64,000 nucleotides of DNA from an uncultured Spirochaetota bacterium (GCA_963781885.1 CAWAHW010000007.1:544001-608000), one strand, 5' to 3'; counted from the stretch's first letter, positions 27,854 to 38,613 are shown. Numbers and translations: made by a program. Notes: generated from the letters alone by a model not told the origin.

Positions 27854-28546
27854 ATGCAGGCCCGCATACTGATCATCGAGGACGTGAAGGAGATGGCGGA
27901 TCTGATCCGCCTTTATCTGCAGAAGGAAGGCATGGATGCCACCATCTGCGAAACCGCGGAGGATGGCCTGGCGCGATTCGACGAAGCGCGCTATGACCTG
28001 GTCGTGCTCGACATCAACCTGCCCGGCATCGACGGCTTCGAGTTCCTCCAGCGTCTTCGCAAGACGAGCGCCATTCCCGTCATGATCGTCTCCGCGCGCG
28101 ACGCGGACGAGGACATGATCCTGGGTCTGGGCATCGGGGCGGACGAGTTCGTGACGAAACCCTTCTCACCGAAGGTCCTCGTCGCGCGCGTGCGCGCGAT
28201 GCTGCGGCGCACCACCGACATGAAGGCGGGCCCGAACAGCGTCAAGTTCGGGGACTACGTCCTGGACATCGACGGCTACCTCCTGAAACGGGCCGGTGCG
28301 AAGGTGCCCCTCTCGTCGCGGGAGTTCGAGGTGCTCGCCTACCTCGTCACGCATCCGGGCAAGGCCATGACGCCGGACACGATCTACGCGGACGTCTGGA
28401 GGAACCAGTATGGCGATGTGACCGCGGTCGCCGTCTACGTGCAGCGGCTGCGCAAGAAGATCGAGCAGGACCCGACGTCCCCCCAGTTCATCGAGACGGT
28501 GCACGGCATGGGCTACCGGTTCAACGCGGAGACCATCCACGCATGA
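27854..28546 (+). CDS. OmpR-family response regulator
   Basis: Receiver domain (LDINLPG, KPF) and winged helix (ETVHGMGY). Confidence 0.95.
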   Translation: MQARILIIEDVKEMADLIRLYLQKEGMDATICETAEDGLARFDEARYDLVVLDINLPGIDGFEFLQRLRKTSAIPVMIVSARDADEDMILGLGIGADEFVTKPFSPKVLVARVRAMLRRTTDMKAGPNSVKFGDYVLDIDGYLLKRAGAKVPLSSREFEVLAYLVTHPGKAMTPDTIYADVWRNQYGDVTAVAVYVQRLRKKIEQDPTSPQFIETVHGMGYRFNAETIHA

Positions 28547-29925
28547 AGCTGCGCACGCAATTCTTCATCCTCGTCGGCGGCATCATCGCCGTCCCCTTCC
28601 TCGTGAGCGCCTTCATGCTCCTGTTCCAGTTCAGCGTCTCCCGGCGCCTCCAGCCGCTGCCGAACTACGAACAGCTCATGGCCTGGGTGACCCACCAGGT
28701 GCCCCGTGCCCTGCGCCGTGACGACCTGACGGAGCTCGACAAGGAGAGGCCGCCGGGTCTCGACGTCCTCCTCCTCGATAAAGCCTTCACCGTGATCTAC
28801 TCCACCATTCCGCAGATTCCCGCGGGCATGTCGGCGCAAAGCGCCGGCGTCTGGTCCTATATCGCGCGCAACATCGCGACGTCGCATTTCCAGGTCGACA
28901 GCGCCCACGTGGCGGGCAGTGAGGATTCGATGCTGATCCTCAAGCTGCCGCGCGCCCGCCCGGAGGAGATGCGTTTCCGCAACGTGGCGGTGGCCATCGT
29001 GATGTACACCTCCATCGCGCTCCTGCTCTTCTCCTCGCTCATGAGCTTCTTCATCCTGCGGTCCCTCAACGGATCCATCCAGGGTCTGGAGGGAGCCACG
29101 CGACGCATCGCCTCCGGGGACCTCGATTTCGACCTGCCCGCCCGGGGCAATGACCAGATTTCGTCCCTCACGCGCTCGTTCGACAGCATGCGGCGCGCGC
29201 TGAAGGAGGAGTATGCGCGGCGCGCCCGGTTCATCATGGGAGTCTCCCATGACCTGCGGACGCCCCTCACGCTCATCCAGGGCTACGTCGAGGCCATCGC
29301 CGACGGCTACGCCGCCGAGCCGGAAGCGCAGAAGAAGTACCTGTCCATCGTGCTCGACAAGACGCGCAGCCTCGAAGGGATGGTGGGGGACCTGATCGAG
29401 TTCGTGCGCATGGAGACGGGGCAGTGGCGCATGACGCACCGCGACGTGCCGGTGCGGCAGTTCCTCATGGACATCGCCCGCCGATTCGCCGAGGACGCCC
29501 TGATCTTGAAGCGGGATTTCGGCTGGAGCATCGACCTGCCTGACGATCTCACCGTCCGCATGGATGCCGCCTTGCTCACCCGTGCCCTGGAAAACCTCGT
29601 GGGCAATGCCATCCGCTACACGGAGGAGAAGGGGAGGATCACCGTCGCGGCGCGCCTGGAGGGGGAGACGGTTCTCCTTTCGGTCGCCGACACGGGCATC
29701 GGCATCCCCGCGGAGGACCTGTCCCGGATCTACGACCCCTTCTACCGCGGGACGAACTCCCGCCGCGAGCAGGGTTTCGGTCTGGGCCTCACGACGGTGA
29801 AGTCGATCATCGAGAGCCACGGCTGGGCGATGGCGGTGTCGTCGGAGGTCGGCATCGGGACGACCTTCACCATCCGTATGACGAACCCGATCGCGTCGAA
29901 GGGCGGAACGCCTCTCCGCGCTTGA
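28543..29925 (+). CDS. HAMP-domain sensor histidine kinase
   Basis: Two TM helices, HAMP, SHDLRTPL, NAIRY, DTGIG, GLGL. Confidence 0.95.
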   Translation: MKLRTQFFILVGGIIAVPFLVSAFMLLFQFSVSRRLQPLPNYEQLMAWVTHQVPRALRRDDLTELDKERPPGLDVLLLDKAFTVIYSTIPQIPAGMSAQSAGVWSYIARNIATSHFQVDSAHVAGSEDSMLILKLPRARPEEMRFRNVAVAIVMYTSIALLLFSSLMSFFILRSLNGSIQGLEGATRRIASGDLDFDLPARGNDQISSLTRSFDSMRRALKEEYARRARFIMGVSHDLRTPLTLIQGYVEAIADGYAAEPEAQKKYLSIVLDKTRSLEGMVGDLIEFVRMETGQWRMTHRDVPVRQFLMDIARRFAEDALILKRDFGWSIDLPDDLTVRMDAALLTRALENLVGNAIRYTEEKGRITVAARLEGETVLLSVADTGIGIPAEDLSRIYDPFYRGTNSRREQGFGLGLTTVKSIIESHGWAMAVSSEVGIGTTFTIRMTNPIASKGGTPLRA

Positions 29926-29959
29926 CAGCCGGGCGGCTTCCCGAAAGAATCATCGCGCC

Positions 29960-30377
29960 ATGGAAGCGCAGCTTCTCCGCGCGTGGCTGGAGACCCGGGC
30001 CGTCATCACCTTCTCCCGTTCATCGGGTCCCGGGCGGCCAGAACGTCAACAAGACCAGCACGCGCGCCACTCTTTTCGCCCCCCTGCGGCAGATCGACGG
30101 CCTCACCGAGGAGGAGAAGGGAAGGCTGCTCGTGAAGCTGCGCGCAAGGCTCACCGTGGACGACGTGCTGATCGTGTCCGTCCAGGACACGCGCAGCCAG
30201 CTCCAGAACCGGACGCTCGCCGTGGAGCGGGCCTACGGCATTCTGCAGAAGGGGCTGCGCCGCGACCGGCCGCGCCGGCCGTCGCGCCCGACACGGGCGT
30301 CGCGCGAGCGCCGCCTGCAGTCCAAGCACGTCGCCTCGCGCGCAAAGCAGAGACGAGCCCGGCCCGCCGAGGAGTGA
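29960..30377 (+). CDS. arfB: Alternative ribosome rescue factor ArfB, split by a +1 indel near 30032
   Basis: MEAQ...FSRSSGPG in one frame; GGQNVNK...RSQLQNR...TRASRERRL in the other. Confidence 0.85.
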
Positions 30378-30471
30378 AGGCGTCACCGGGGAACCGGGGG
30401 CCGCGCCGAACACGCCCCGCCGCCCTTGCCCCGGAAACGGGGATGGGCGATACTCGAAGCCGGAGGTGCGC

Positions 30472-30969
30472 ATGAAACGAAGTATCACGTTTCCGATCGT
30501 CGCCGTGCTAGCGCTCGGAGTGCTTGCGCCGACCTTTGCGCAGACGAAGAACAAGTCGGATACCCGGGTGGCCGCCATCCTGAGCGATCTCGGCCTCACC
30601 TACAAGGTCAATTCGAGCGGCAACTACGCCATCACCTACGACGAGGGCAATGACCGCACGCAGGTCGTCTACGTCATGTCGACCACCGACACCTACCAGG
30701 GCATCGAGATCCGTGAGATATGGTCCATCGCCGGAAGCTTCGACAGCGAGCCGGACGCCACCCAGCTCCTCGACCTGATGAAGCAGAGCGGGAAGAACAA
30801 GATCGGCGACTGGGCGCTGGAGGAGCAGGACGACGGGACGTACCTCCTTTTCTATACGATCAAGAGCCCGGTGAAGATCGACAATGCGGCGTTCAAGATG
30901 ATGCTCCAGTTCGCCGCCGACGTCGCCGACGAGCAGGAAAAGGCGATCTTCGACACCGACGACAACTGA
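30472..30969 (+). CDS. Exported protein, YbjN/type III chaperone-like fold
   Basis: Signal peptide; RTQVVYV, IREIWS, KIGDW, VADEQE; SD GGAGG. Confidence 0.6.
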   Translation: MKRSITFPIVAVLALGVLAPTFAQTKNKSDTRVAAILSDLGLTYKVNSSGNYAITYDEGNDRTQVVYVMSTTDTYQGIEIREIWSIAGSFDSEPDATQLLDLMKQSGKNKIGDWALEEQDDGTYLLFYTIKSPVKIDNAAFKMMLQFAADVADEQEKAIFDTDDN

Positions 30970-31050
30970 TCCCGCCTCGGAGACGCCGGCGCCGCCCCTC
31001 CGCGGCTTGCCCTTCCGCAAAGAGCGTCTCCTCCTGTAGAATCCGTACAC

Positions 31051-32461
31051 ATGAAACCCACTGCCGGGATACTCCTGTCCGACTACGGCTCGCTTTCGCG
31101 TGCTCCTTCGCCGGTGAATCGCATGATGTCCTCCTTTGCCGCGGATTTTCGCGAGGGCGTCGACATCAACCTGGGGGTGGGCTACGTCAATGAGAACACC
31201 ATCCCGCGCGCCCTGATCCAGGACGCCCTCCGGGAAGTCCTGGCCCGGCCGGATCGCTACAAGTCGCCCCTGAACTACGGCGGTCCCCCGGGATCGCCCA
31301 CGCTCATCGAATCCATCCGCCGCTACCACGTCACCCGGGGCGTCGGCGGGCTCACCGACGGCGAGCTTTCCCGTCGACGGATCATCGTCGGACCCAACGG
31401 CGCCACGAGCCTGCTGGAAGGGCTCGCCTATGTCCTGCGTCCCGGCATCGTGATCACGTCGGACCCCATGTATTACATCTACTGCGATTTTCTGGAGCGG
31501 CGTGGCTTCACGGTCGTCACCGTGCCGGAGAGGCTCGACGGGCTGCACGCGGAGGACGTGGAGGCCCGGCTGGAAAGGCTGGGCGACTCTGTCTCCGACA
31601 TCAGCTTTTTCTATATCGTGACGGTGAACAATCCCACGTGCGACAATCATCGCCAACGCGGAGCGCACCGCCATCGTCCGGCTCGTGGCCGCCCTGTCGC
31701 GGAAGCTCGGCCGGACGATCCCCCTGGTGCTCGACAAGGCCTACGAGGACATGATCCACGATCCGGGCGTGCCGAAGCCGCGATCGGGTCTTCTGGACGA
31801 CGAGGATGGAGGGGTGTTCGAGATCGGCACGCTGTCGAAGATCATCGCCCCGTCCCTGCGCATCGGCTACTTGATCGGCACGGACGGCCCCTTTCTCCAG
31901 GCCATGATCCAGCGCACGAGCGATGCCGGCTTCAGCGGGCCGCTCATCAATCAGGAGATCGCGAGCTGGCTGCTTGATCACGCGCTGGACGGCCAGCTTC
32001 GCGACGTCACCCGTGGCTACCGGGAGAAGGCGGCCGCCGTCCGCGGCTGGCTTGATGCGATGCTGGGCCCCGTGATGAGCGAATGCCGCGGCGGCCAGGC
32101 GAGCTTCTACTATTACCTGACGCTCGACGGGGTGCGCACGGACGAATCCTCGCCTTTCTTCCGATGCCTGGCGCGCGCGACCGGTGACGATGCGCGGGAC
32201 GGGCCCGCGGCGGCGCGCCTGCCACGGGTGGCCTACATACCAGGGGAGTTCTGCGTGCATCCGCGGGGCGACATGGTGGAGCAGGGCAGGCGCCAGCTTC
32301 GTCTTTCCTACGGCTACGAGGAGCTCGGCAAGCTGGAGGAGGCCATCGGGTACATGGCTGAGGCCGCACGGTATGCACGCTCCCGGGAGGCACGCGGGGG
32401 CGCCGCGCATCCGTCCGTACCAGAAGAAGCCCGCGGCTCCGCACGCGCCCGGACGGTCTGA
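31051..32461 (+). CDS. PLP-dependent aminotransferase (class I/II), split by an indel near 31643
   Basis: INLGVG, NNPTC in one frame; [24 protein letters not shown] in the next. Confidence 0.85.
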
Positions 32462-33057
32462 TGGAGCCGCTCCTTCTCCCTTTTGCGACATACGCCATGG
32501 TCACCACGTTCACACCCGGGCCGAACAACATCACCGCGTCCGCCACGGGTATGCGTCTTGGTTATCGACGGACGCTGCCATTTCTCCTGGGCATGCTCGC
32601 GGGATTCATCCTCATCATGCTCGCCTCCGGTCTCCTCACCGATCTTGCGCGACGCGCCTATGAGGGGATCCTGCCCTGGCTGAAATGGGTCGGGGTGGCC
32701 TACATGACCTGGCTCGCCGTGTCCCTGTTCCTTCCGTCGAAACACGACGCGGAAAACGCGCCTCCCCGCAGCGCGCGCTTCATCGACGGCATGCTTCTGC
32801 AAATGGTCAATCCCAAGCTCATTCTCTATGGGATTACGATCTATTCCTCTTTCCAGACTCTCATCGCCGGCACGCCGGGCCGCCTTGCGGCCTCCGTGGC
32901 GCTCCTGAGCCTCCTGGGTTTCAGCTCGATCTCCCTCTGGGCCGTCGTCGGGTCCACGTTCTCGCGCCTCCTGAAGACGAAGACCGCGAAGCTGGTCTTC
33001 AACCTCGTCATGGCGGCCCTCCTCCTCTACTCTGCCGTCGCCATCGTCCTGCACTGA
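32461..33057 (+). CDS. LysE/EamB-family amino acid exporter
   Basis: FTPGPNN, QMVNPK, about 6 TM helices. Confidence 0.9.
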   Translation: MEPLLLPFATYAMVTTFTPGPNNITASATGMRLGYRRTLPFLLGMLAGFILIMLASGLLTDLARRAYEGILPWLKWVGVAYMTWLAVSLFLPSKHDAENAPPRSARFIDGMLLQMVNPKLILYGITIYSSFQTLIAGTPGRLAASVALLSLLGFSSISLWAVVGSTFSRLLKTKTAKLVFNLVMAALLLYSAVAIVLH

Positions 33058-33115
33058 CCCGTCTGCCGCCTTTTCTCGCTGGACAACCTTCCCCGGGCCG
33101 GTATAGGCTCGGTGC

Positions 33116-33673
33116 ATGTCCAGAGGATTCGTGGTGCTCACCGCGGTCGGTCCCGACAGGGTCGGGATCGTGGATGACCTTTCCGGCGCCGTGTCACGCG
33201 CCGGGTGCAACATTGAAGAGAGCAAGATGTCCGTTCTCGGCGGGGAGTTCGCCGTCATCATGCTCGTCTCGGGGCCCACGGAGTCCGTGGAATCGATGGG
33301 GAAAACGCTGCCGGCCCTCGGGGAGCGGCTTTCCCTCCACGTCGAGTGCCGCCCGACGCGCGAGCCCCGCGCCGGAGAGAAGGGACGGCCGTACCTGCTG
33401 GAGGCGGTCTCCCTGGACACGCCCGGCATCGTGCATGCCGTGACGGCCATCCTTCGGGGCCACGGCATCAATATCGAGGACCTCGAGACGGATACCGGCT
33501 GCGCGCCGTGGACGGGTGCGCCGATGTTCCGCATGAAGGCCCACCTGGTCGTCGGTCCCGCGGTATCCGTCGCGAAGCTGAAGGAAGAGCTCTTCCACCT
33601 CCAGCAGGAGCAGGACCTCGACATCGCCCTGAAGCCGTTCTTCGGGACCACCCCCGAATCGGGCGAATGCTGA
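33116..33673 (+). CDS. gcvR: Double-ACT glycine cleavage regulator (GcvR-like)
   Basis: AVGPDRVGIV, NIEESKM..LGGEFA, DTPGIVH, INIEDL. Confidence 0.8.
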   Translation: MSRGFVVLTAVGPDRVGIVDDLSGAVSRAGCNIEESKMSVLGGEFAVIMLVSGPTESVESMGKTLPALGERLSLHVECRPTREPRAGEKGRPYLLEAVSLDTPGIVHAVTAILRGHGINIEDLETDTGCAPWTGAPMFRMKAHLVVGPAVSVAKLKEELFHLQQEQDLDIALKPFFGTTPESGEC

Positions 33674-33684
33674 AGGTCTTCTCC

Positions 33685-34998
33685 ATGAACCGTTCACTCC
33701 TGCCCATCGACCGATTCCTCCATCGCAACAGGCTGGACGGCCAGGGCGTCGACCTGCGGCCGTCCTGCGCGGCGTTCCTCACCGAGATGGAACGCAGCCT
33801 TGCCGGAAAGAGCTCCTCCCTGCCCATGATCCCCACGTACATCGAGACGTCGCGCGCGGTGCCGCGGGAGGAGCGCGTCGTCGCGCTCGACGCGGGCGGC
33901 ACGAATCTGCGCGTGGCGGTGGTCAGCTTCGACGCCACGGGGCGGCGGGTCGTGGAGAATCTCACGCGCCACCGGATGCCGGGCGTGGACGAGGCCCTTG
34001 ACCGCGAGGCCTTCTTCCGCGCCCTCGCGGGGGCGGTGCTTCCGGCAATTGACGGCCGGGACAGGATCGGATTCTGCTTTTCCTACCCCGCGGAAATCAC
34101 TCCAGAGCGCGACGGAAGACTCATTCAGTTCACGAAGGAGATCAAGGCGCGCGGGGTGGACGGCGAGCTGATCGGCGCCAATCTCATCCGTGCTCTTTCG
34201 GAGGCCGGCGCATCGCGCCCGCCGCGCATTGTATTGTTGAACGACACGGTGGCGACACTCCTGGCCGGCCGTAATGCTCTGCCCGGTCGACGATTCGACG
34301 GCTTCATCGGCGTGGTCTGCGGGACGGGCATCAACGTCGCCTATATCGAGCGGAACACGGAGATCCGCAAGACGCCCGGTCTTGAACCGGCGGGTTCGCA
34401 GATCGTCAATACCGAATCCGGCTCTTTCTCCCGGGGAATCCTGGGGCCCGTCGATGATGCATTCGACGCCACGATGGCAAACCCGGGCAAATACCGGCAC
34501 GAAAAAACAATTTCCGGAGCCTATCTCGGCGCCCTCTGTCTTTTCGCCGCGCGCGCGGCGGCCCGCGCGGATGCAATAACCGCTGCGGCCGCGCCGGAGC
34601 TTGCCCGGCTCCCCGGGCTTTCCACACGGGAGCTGAATGATTTCCTCCTCTATCCCGACGACGATGCAAACCCGCTCGCCGCCGCGTGCGCGCGTATGCC
34701 GTCCGCCGACGCCGCGGCCCTCTACCGTCTCTGCGACTGCGTGGTGGAGCGCGCGGCGGCAATGGTCGCCGTGAATCTGAGCGCGGTGCTCCTGAAATCG
34801 GGGACGGGCCAGGACCCGCGGTACCCGACCTGCATCGCCGTGGACGGAACGACGTTCTGGCAGCTGCGGACGTTCCGCCTGCGGGTGGAATCGCACATGC
34901 GGCGGCTGCTCGTCGGCGAATGGGAACGCGCGTGGGAGATCACCACGGTGGAGGATGCGCCGCTCCTCGGCGCGGCCATCGCGGCATTGACCAACTGA
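33685..34998 (+). CDS. Hexokinase (eukaryote-type family)
   Basis: LPMIPTY, ALDAGGTNLRV, GFCFSYP, LLNDTV, GTGIN, NTESG; start at 33667 or 33685. Confidence 0.9.
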   Translation: MNRSLLPIDRFLHRNRLDGQGVDLRPSCAAFLTEMERSLAGKSSSLPMIPTYIETSRAVPREERVVALDAGGTNLRVAVVSFDATGRRVVENLTRHRMPGVDEALDREAFFRALAGAVLPAIDGRDRIGFCFSYPAEITPERDGRLIQFTKEIKARGVDGELIGANLIRALSEAGASRPPRIVLLNDTVATLLAGRNALPGRRFDGFIGVVCGTGINVAYIERNTEIRKTPGLEPAGSQIVNTESGSFSRGILGPVDDAFDATMANPGKYRHEKTISGAYLGALCLFAARAAARADAITAAAAPELARLPGLSTRELNDFLLYPDDDANPLAAACARMPSADAAALYRLCDCVVERAAAMVAVNLSAVLLKSGTGQDPRYPTCIAVDGTTFWQLRTFRLRVESHMRRLLVGEWERAWEITTVEDAPLLGAAIAALTN

Positions 34999-35038
34999 GA
35001 ATCAGCGCATACCGTTGGTTGGCTGGAGGACTTCCCGC

Positions 35039-36313
35039 ATGCCAAGGCTCACTTCGGAAGATATCGACCGCGATTTCCAGAATGCGCGAAAGACGTACGC
35101 CCTTTGGGGCGTCGACGTGGATGCGGCGCTTCGCACCCTTTCGGCCATCTCGCTGTCCCTCCATTGCTGGCAGGGCGATGACGTCGGCGGCTTCGAAAGC
35201 GCGGCCGGTCTCTCCGGCGCCGGCATCCAGACCACGGGCAACTACCCCGGCAAGGCGCGCACGGCGGACGAGCTGCGCGCGGACCTCCAGACCGCCTTCT
35301 CCCTGATCCCCGGCCGGCACAAGGCCAATCTCCATGCGATCTACGCCGAAACGGGCGGCCGCGCGGTCGCGCGCGACCGGCTCCTGCCCGAGCATTTCGC
35401 GGGGTGGATTTCCTGGGCAAAAAAACAGGGCATCGGGCTGGATTTCAACGAGACGTATTTCAGCCACCCCATGGCGGAGTCGGGCTTCACCCTCTCCTCG
35501 CGGGACAAGACCGTGCGCGATTTCTGGATCCGCCACACGCAATGCTGCCGGGAGATCGGTCGCGAGATGGGGAGCGCGCTTGGCGAGCCCTGCATCGTCA
35601 ACCTCTGGATACAGGACGGATGGAAGGACACGCCCGCCGACAGGCTCACCCCGCGCAAGATACTGAAGGAGTCCCTCGACGCGATCTTCCAGACGCGCAT
35701 GGATGCCCGATACATCCGCGACGCGGTGGAAGGGAAGCTATTCGGCATCGGCTCGGAATCCTACGTCGTGGGGTCGAACGATTTCTACCTTGCCTACGCG
35801 GTGAAGAACGACATCATGCTCACGCTCGACATGGGTCACTTCCATCCCACGGAATCGGCGGCGGACAAGATCTCGTCCCTTCTCCTTTTCTCCCGCGAGA
35901 TGCTCTTCCACGTGAGCCGCGGCGTGCGTTGGGACAGCGACCACGTCGTTACCCTCAACGACGACGTGAAGGCAGTCGCCGCCGAGGTGGCGCGCGCGGG
36001 GGCCTGGGACCGTGTGCACCTGTCGACGGACTACTTCGACGCGAGCATCAACCGCGTGGCTGCCTGGGTGATCGGCGCGCGCGCCACCCTCACCGCGATC
36101 CTCATGGCGCTCCTGGAGCCCATGGAGCTCCTCCGCAAGGAGGAGACCGCGGGCAACCTGACCGCGCGGCTGGCGCTCATGGAGGAGGCCCACAGCCTGC
36201 CCTACGCCGCGGTGTGGAACGCCTACTGCGTGGAAAAGGGTGTTCCCGCCGGCGCCGCGTGGCTGGACACGGTGGCCCAGTACGAGCGCACCACCCAGTC
36301 CCGGAGGCGCTAG
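35039..36313 (+). CDS. rhaA: L-rhamnose isomerase
   Basis: HCWQGDDVGGFE, TGNYPGKAR, KLFGIGSESY, HVSRGVRWDSDH, DASINR. Confidence 0.95.
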   Translation: MPRLTSEDIDRDFQNARKTYALWGVDVDAALRTLSAISLSLHCWQGDDVGGFESAAGLSGAGIQTTGNYPGKARTADELRADLQTAFSLIPGRHKANLHAIYAETGGRAVARDRLLPEHFAGWISWAKKQGIGLDFNETYFSHPMAESGFTLSSRDKTVRDFWIRHTQCCREIGREMGSALGEPCIVNLWIQDGWKDTPADRLTPRKILKESLDAIFQTRMDARYIRDAVEGKLFGIGSESYVVGSNDFYLAYAVKNDIMLTLDMGHFHPTESAADKISSLLLFSREMLFHVSRGVRWDSDHVVTLNDDVKAVAAEVARAGAWDRVHLSTDYFDASINRVAAWVIGARATLTAILMALLEPMELLRKEETAGNLTARLALMEEAHSLPYAAVWNAYCVEKGVPAGAAWLDTVAQYERTTQSRRR

Positions 36314-36314
36314 C

Positions 36315-38288
36315 ATGGACCTTGCGGAGCTCATAGAGATATCGCGGCGCCATGGCCAGGGGACCGATTTCGTCATCTCGGGCGGGGGCAACACCTCGGT
36401 GAAGGACGGGGAGCGCATGGCGGTCAAGGCAAGCGGCGCCGCCTTGCGCGACATCACCGAAGAGGGTTTCGTGGAGCTTTCCCGGCCGCGCGTGCGCGCC
36501 ATCCTTTCCCGCACGTACAGTGCGGACCCTTTCGCGCGCGAGGCGGAGATAAAGACCGATCTCATGGCGAGCCGCGCGGCCCCCGACAAGGGAGGACGGC
36601 CCTCCGTGGAGGCGTCGCTGCACGAGATGATCGAATGGCGCTACGTCGTGCACACGCATCCCTTCGTGGTGAATGCGCTCACCTGCGCGGCCGACGGGGA
36701 ATCCGCGGCGCGGGAGCTTTTCGGCGACACGGCGCTCTGGGTGCCCTATACCGATCCCGGTTACCGGCTGGCGAAGCTGCTGGAGGAAAAGCTCAAGGCC
36801 TACCGCGCGGCGCACCGGGGGGAGCCGCGCATCGTCCTGATGCAGAACCACGGCCTCGCGGTGGCGGCCGACACCGCCGCGGAGATATATTCCCTCACCG
36901 ACGACGTCGTGCGTAAGATTTCCGCGCGGTTGCGCGCGCCGCTTCCCCGGGAGGAGCGGCCGGTGTCGGACGCCGCGGTGCGCCTCCTCCCCGGTCTCAG
37001 GATGCTGCTTGCGGATGGCGGGACCGCGAAAATCGCAACGGCGCGCAACAGCGCCCTTGCCGATCACTTTCTCCAGCCTGAAAACCGGCACGCGGTGGAG
37101 CTTCCCTTCATGCCGGACAACATCGTCTACTGCAAGTCCGCGCCGCTGATCCTCGACGGCGCCCCGCAAGACATCCTGGCCGGTTTTCCCGCGGCGCTCG
37201 CGGCCTACCGGGCGCGCTGGGGCTACCCGCCGAAGATCCTGCTGGTCGCCGGCATCGGCGTGATCTCTGTGGAGGACACCAAGAGGTCCGCGGACACCTG
37301 CCTCGATGTCTTCGAGGACCTCATGAAGGTGAGCTTCCTTTCCCTGTCATTCGGCGGCCCCCGCTTCCTCTCCGCTCCCGACATCCAGTTCATCGATACG
37401 TGGGAGGTGGAGAGCTACCGGCGCGCAGTCGCAAAGAACGCCTCTCCGCGGGGCCGGGTGCAGGGACGGATCGCGCTCGTCACGGGCGCCGCCCAGGGTT
37501 TCGGTCGAGGCATCGCGGAAGGCCTGTTCCGGGAAGGGGCGGACATCGTCATTGCGGACCTGAACGAGCAGGAGGGGCGCGGCCTGGAACGTGAGCTCAA
37601 TGCCGCCGCCCAGGCGTCAGGGGCCGCGAATCGCTCCGTGTTCGTGGCCGCCGACGTCACGAGCCCCGCATCGCTGCAGGCCCTTGCCCGCGAGTGCGTG
37701 AAGGCATTCGGCGGCCTGGATGTCCTGGTGAGCAATGCGGGCGTCCTGAAGGCGGGCAGCCTGGAGGAGATGAGCCCGGAGGCCTTTGACCTCGTGACAC
37801 GGGTCAACTACACCGGTTATTTCCTCTGCGTGAAATACCTCTCCCCGATCATGAAGGTCCAACGAACGTGCAGCCCGACCCGCACGACGGACATCATCCA
37901 GATCAACTCCAAGTCCGGTCTGGAGGGAAGCAACAAGAACTTCGCCTACGCCGGTGGGAAATTCGGCGGCATCGGTCTCACGCAGTCCTTCGCGCTGGAG
38001 CTCGTGGAGCACGGCATCAAGGTGAACTCTGTCTGCCCGGGGAATCTCCTGGACGGGCCGCTCTGGTCCGACCCGGAGAAGGGGCTCTTCATCCAGTACC
38101 TCAGGGCCGGGAAGGTGCCAGGCGCGAAGACGGTGCAGGACGTGCGTCGCTACTACGAATCCCGCGTGCCCATGGGCCGGGGGTGCACCGTGCCCGACGT
38201 CGTGAAGGCCATTCTCTATCTCGTCGAGCAGGAGTATGAAACAGGACAGGCGCTGCCGGTGACCGGCGGCCAGGTCATGCTGGGATAG
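36315..38288 (+). CDS. Bifunctional class II aldolase / SDR (SrlD-like C-terminal domain)
   Basis: GGGNTS, PSVE, HTH, QNHG; then TGAAQGFG and INSKSG..YAGGKFGG. Confidence 0.85.
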   Translation: MDLAELIEISRRHGQGTDFVISGGGNTSVKDGERMAVKASGAALRDITEEGFVELSRPRVRAILSRTYSADPFAREAEIKTDLMASRAAPDKGGRPSVEASLHEMIEWRYVVHTHPFVVNALTCAADGESAARELFGDTALWVPYTDPGYRLAKLLEEKLKAYRAAHRGEPRIVLMQNHGLAVAADTAAEIYSLTDDVVRKISARLRAPLPREERPVSDAAVRLLPGLRMLLADGGTAKIATARNSALADHFLQPENRHAVELPFMPDNIVYCKSAPLILDGAPQDILAGFPAALAAYRARWGYPPKILLVAGIGVISVEDTKRSADTCLDVFEDLMKVSFLSLSFGGPRFLSAPDIQFIDTWEVESYRRAVAKNASPRGRVQGRIALVTGAAQGFGRGIAEGLFREGADIVIADLNEQEGRGLERELNAAAQASGAANRSVFVAADVTSPASLQALARECVKAFGGLDVLVSNAGVLKAGSLEEMSPEAFDLVTRVNYTGYFLCVKYLSPIMKVQRTCSPTRTTDIIQINSKSGLEGSNKNFAYAGGKFGGIGLTQSFALELVEHGIKVNSVCPGNLLDGPLWSDPEKGLFIQYLRAGKVPGAKTVQDVRRYYESRVPMGRGCTVPDVVKAILYLVEQEYETGQALPVTGGQVMLG

Positions 38289-38319
38289 GCGGAACGCGCA
38301 GCGGGGGCAGGGAGGGGTA

Positions 38320-38613
38320 ATGTACACGGCAACGATGCTCTATCATTTCAAGGAAGAAAGCTTCGAACAGGCGTGCGAGATCTGGAAGAACGAGATCATG
38401 GACCATGCGAAAAGCCAGCCGGGCTTCATTCGCATGCAGTTCCTCGCGGCAAAGCCCAATGCGCTCGCCCTGGGCACATGGGAGGACAACGCCCATGCCC
38501 GACGCTTCATGGAGACCGGCGTCTTCAAGAATCTTCGCGCGCGCCTTTCAGACATGCTTGCGTCCAGCCCCGAGCAGACGATCTGGGACCTGAAATACTT
38601 TGCGCAAAAATGA
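38320..38613 (+). CDS. ABM/dimeric alpha-beta barrel protein
   Basis: 97 aa; QPGFIRM..W..HARRF; SD GGAGG. Confidence 0.75.
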   Translation: MYTATMLYHFKEESFEQACEIWKNEIMDHAKSQPGFIRMQFLAAKPNALALGTWEDNAHARRFMETGVFKNLRARLSDMLASSPEQTIWDLKYFAQK

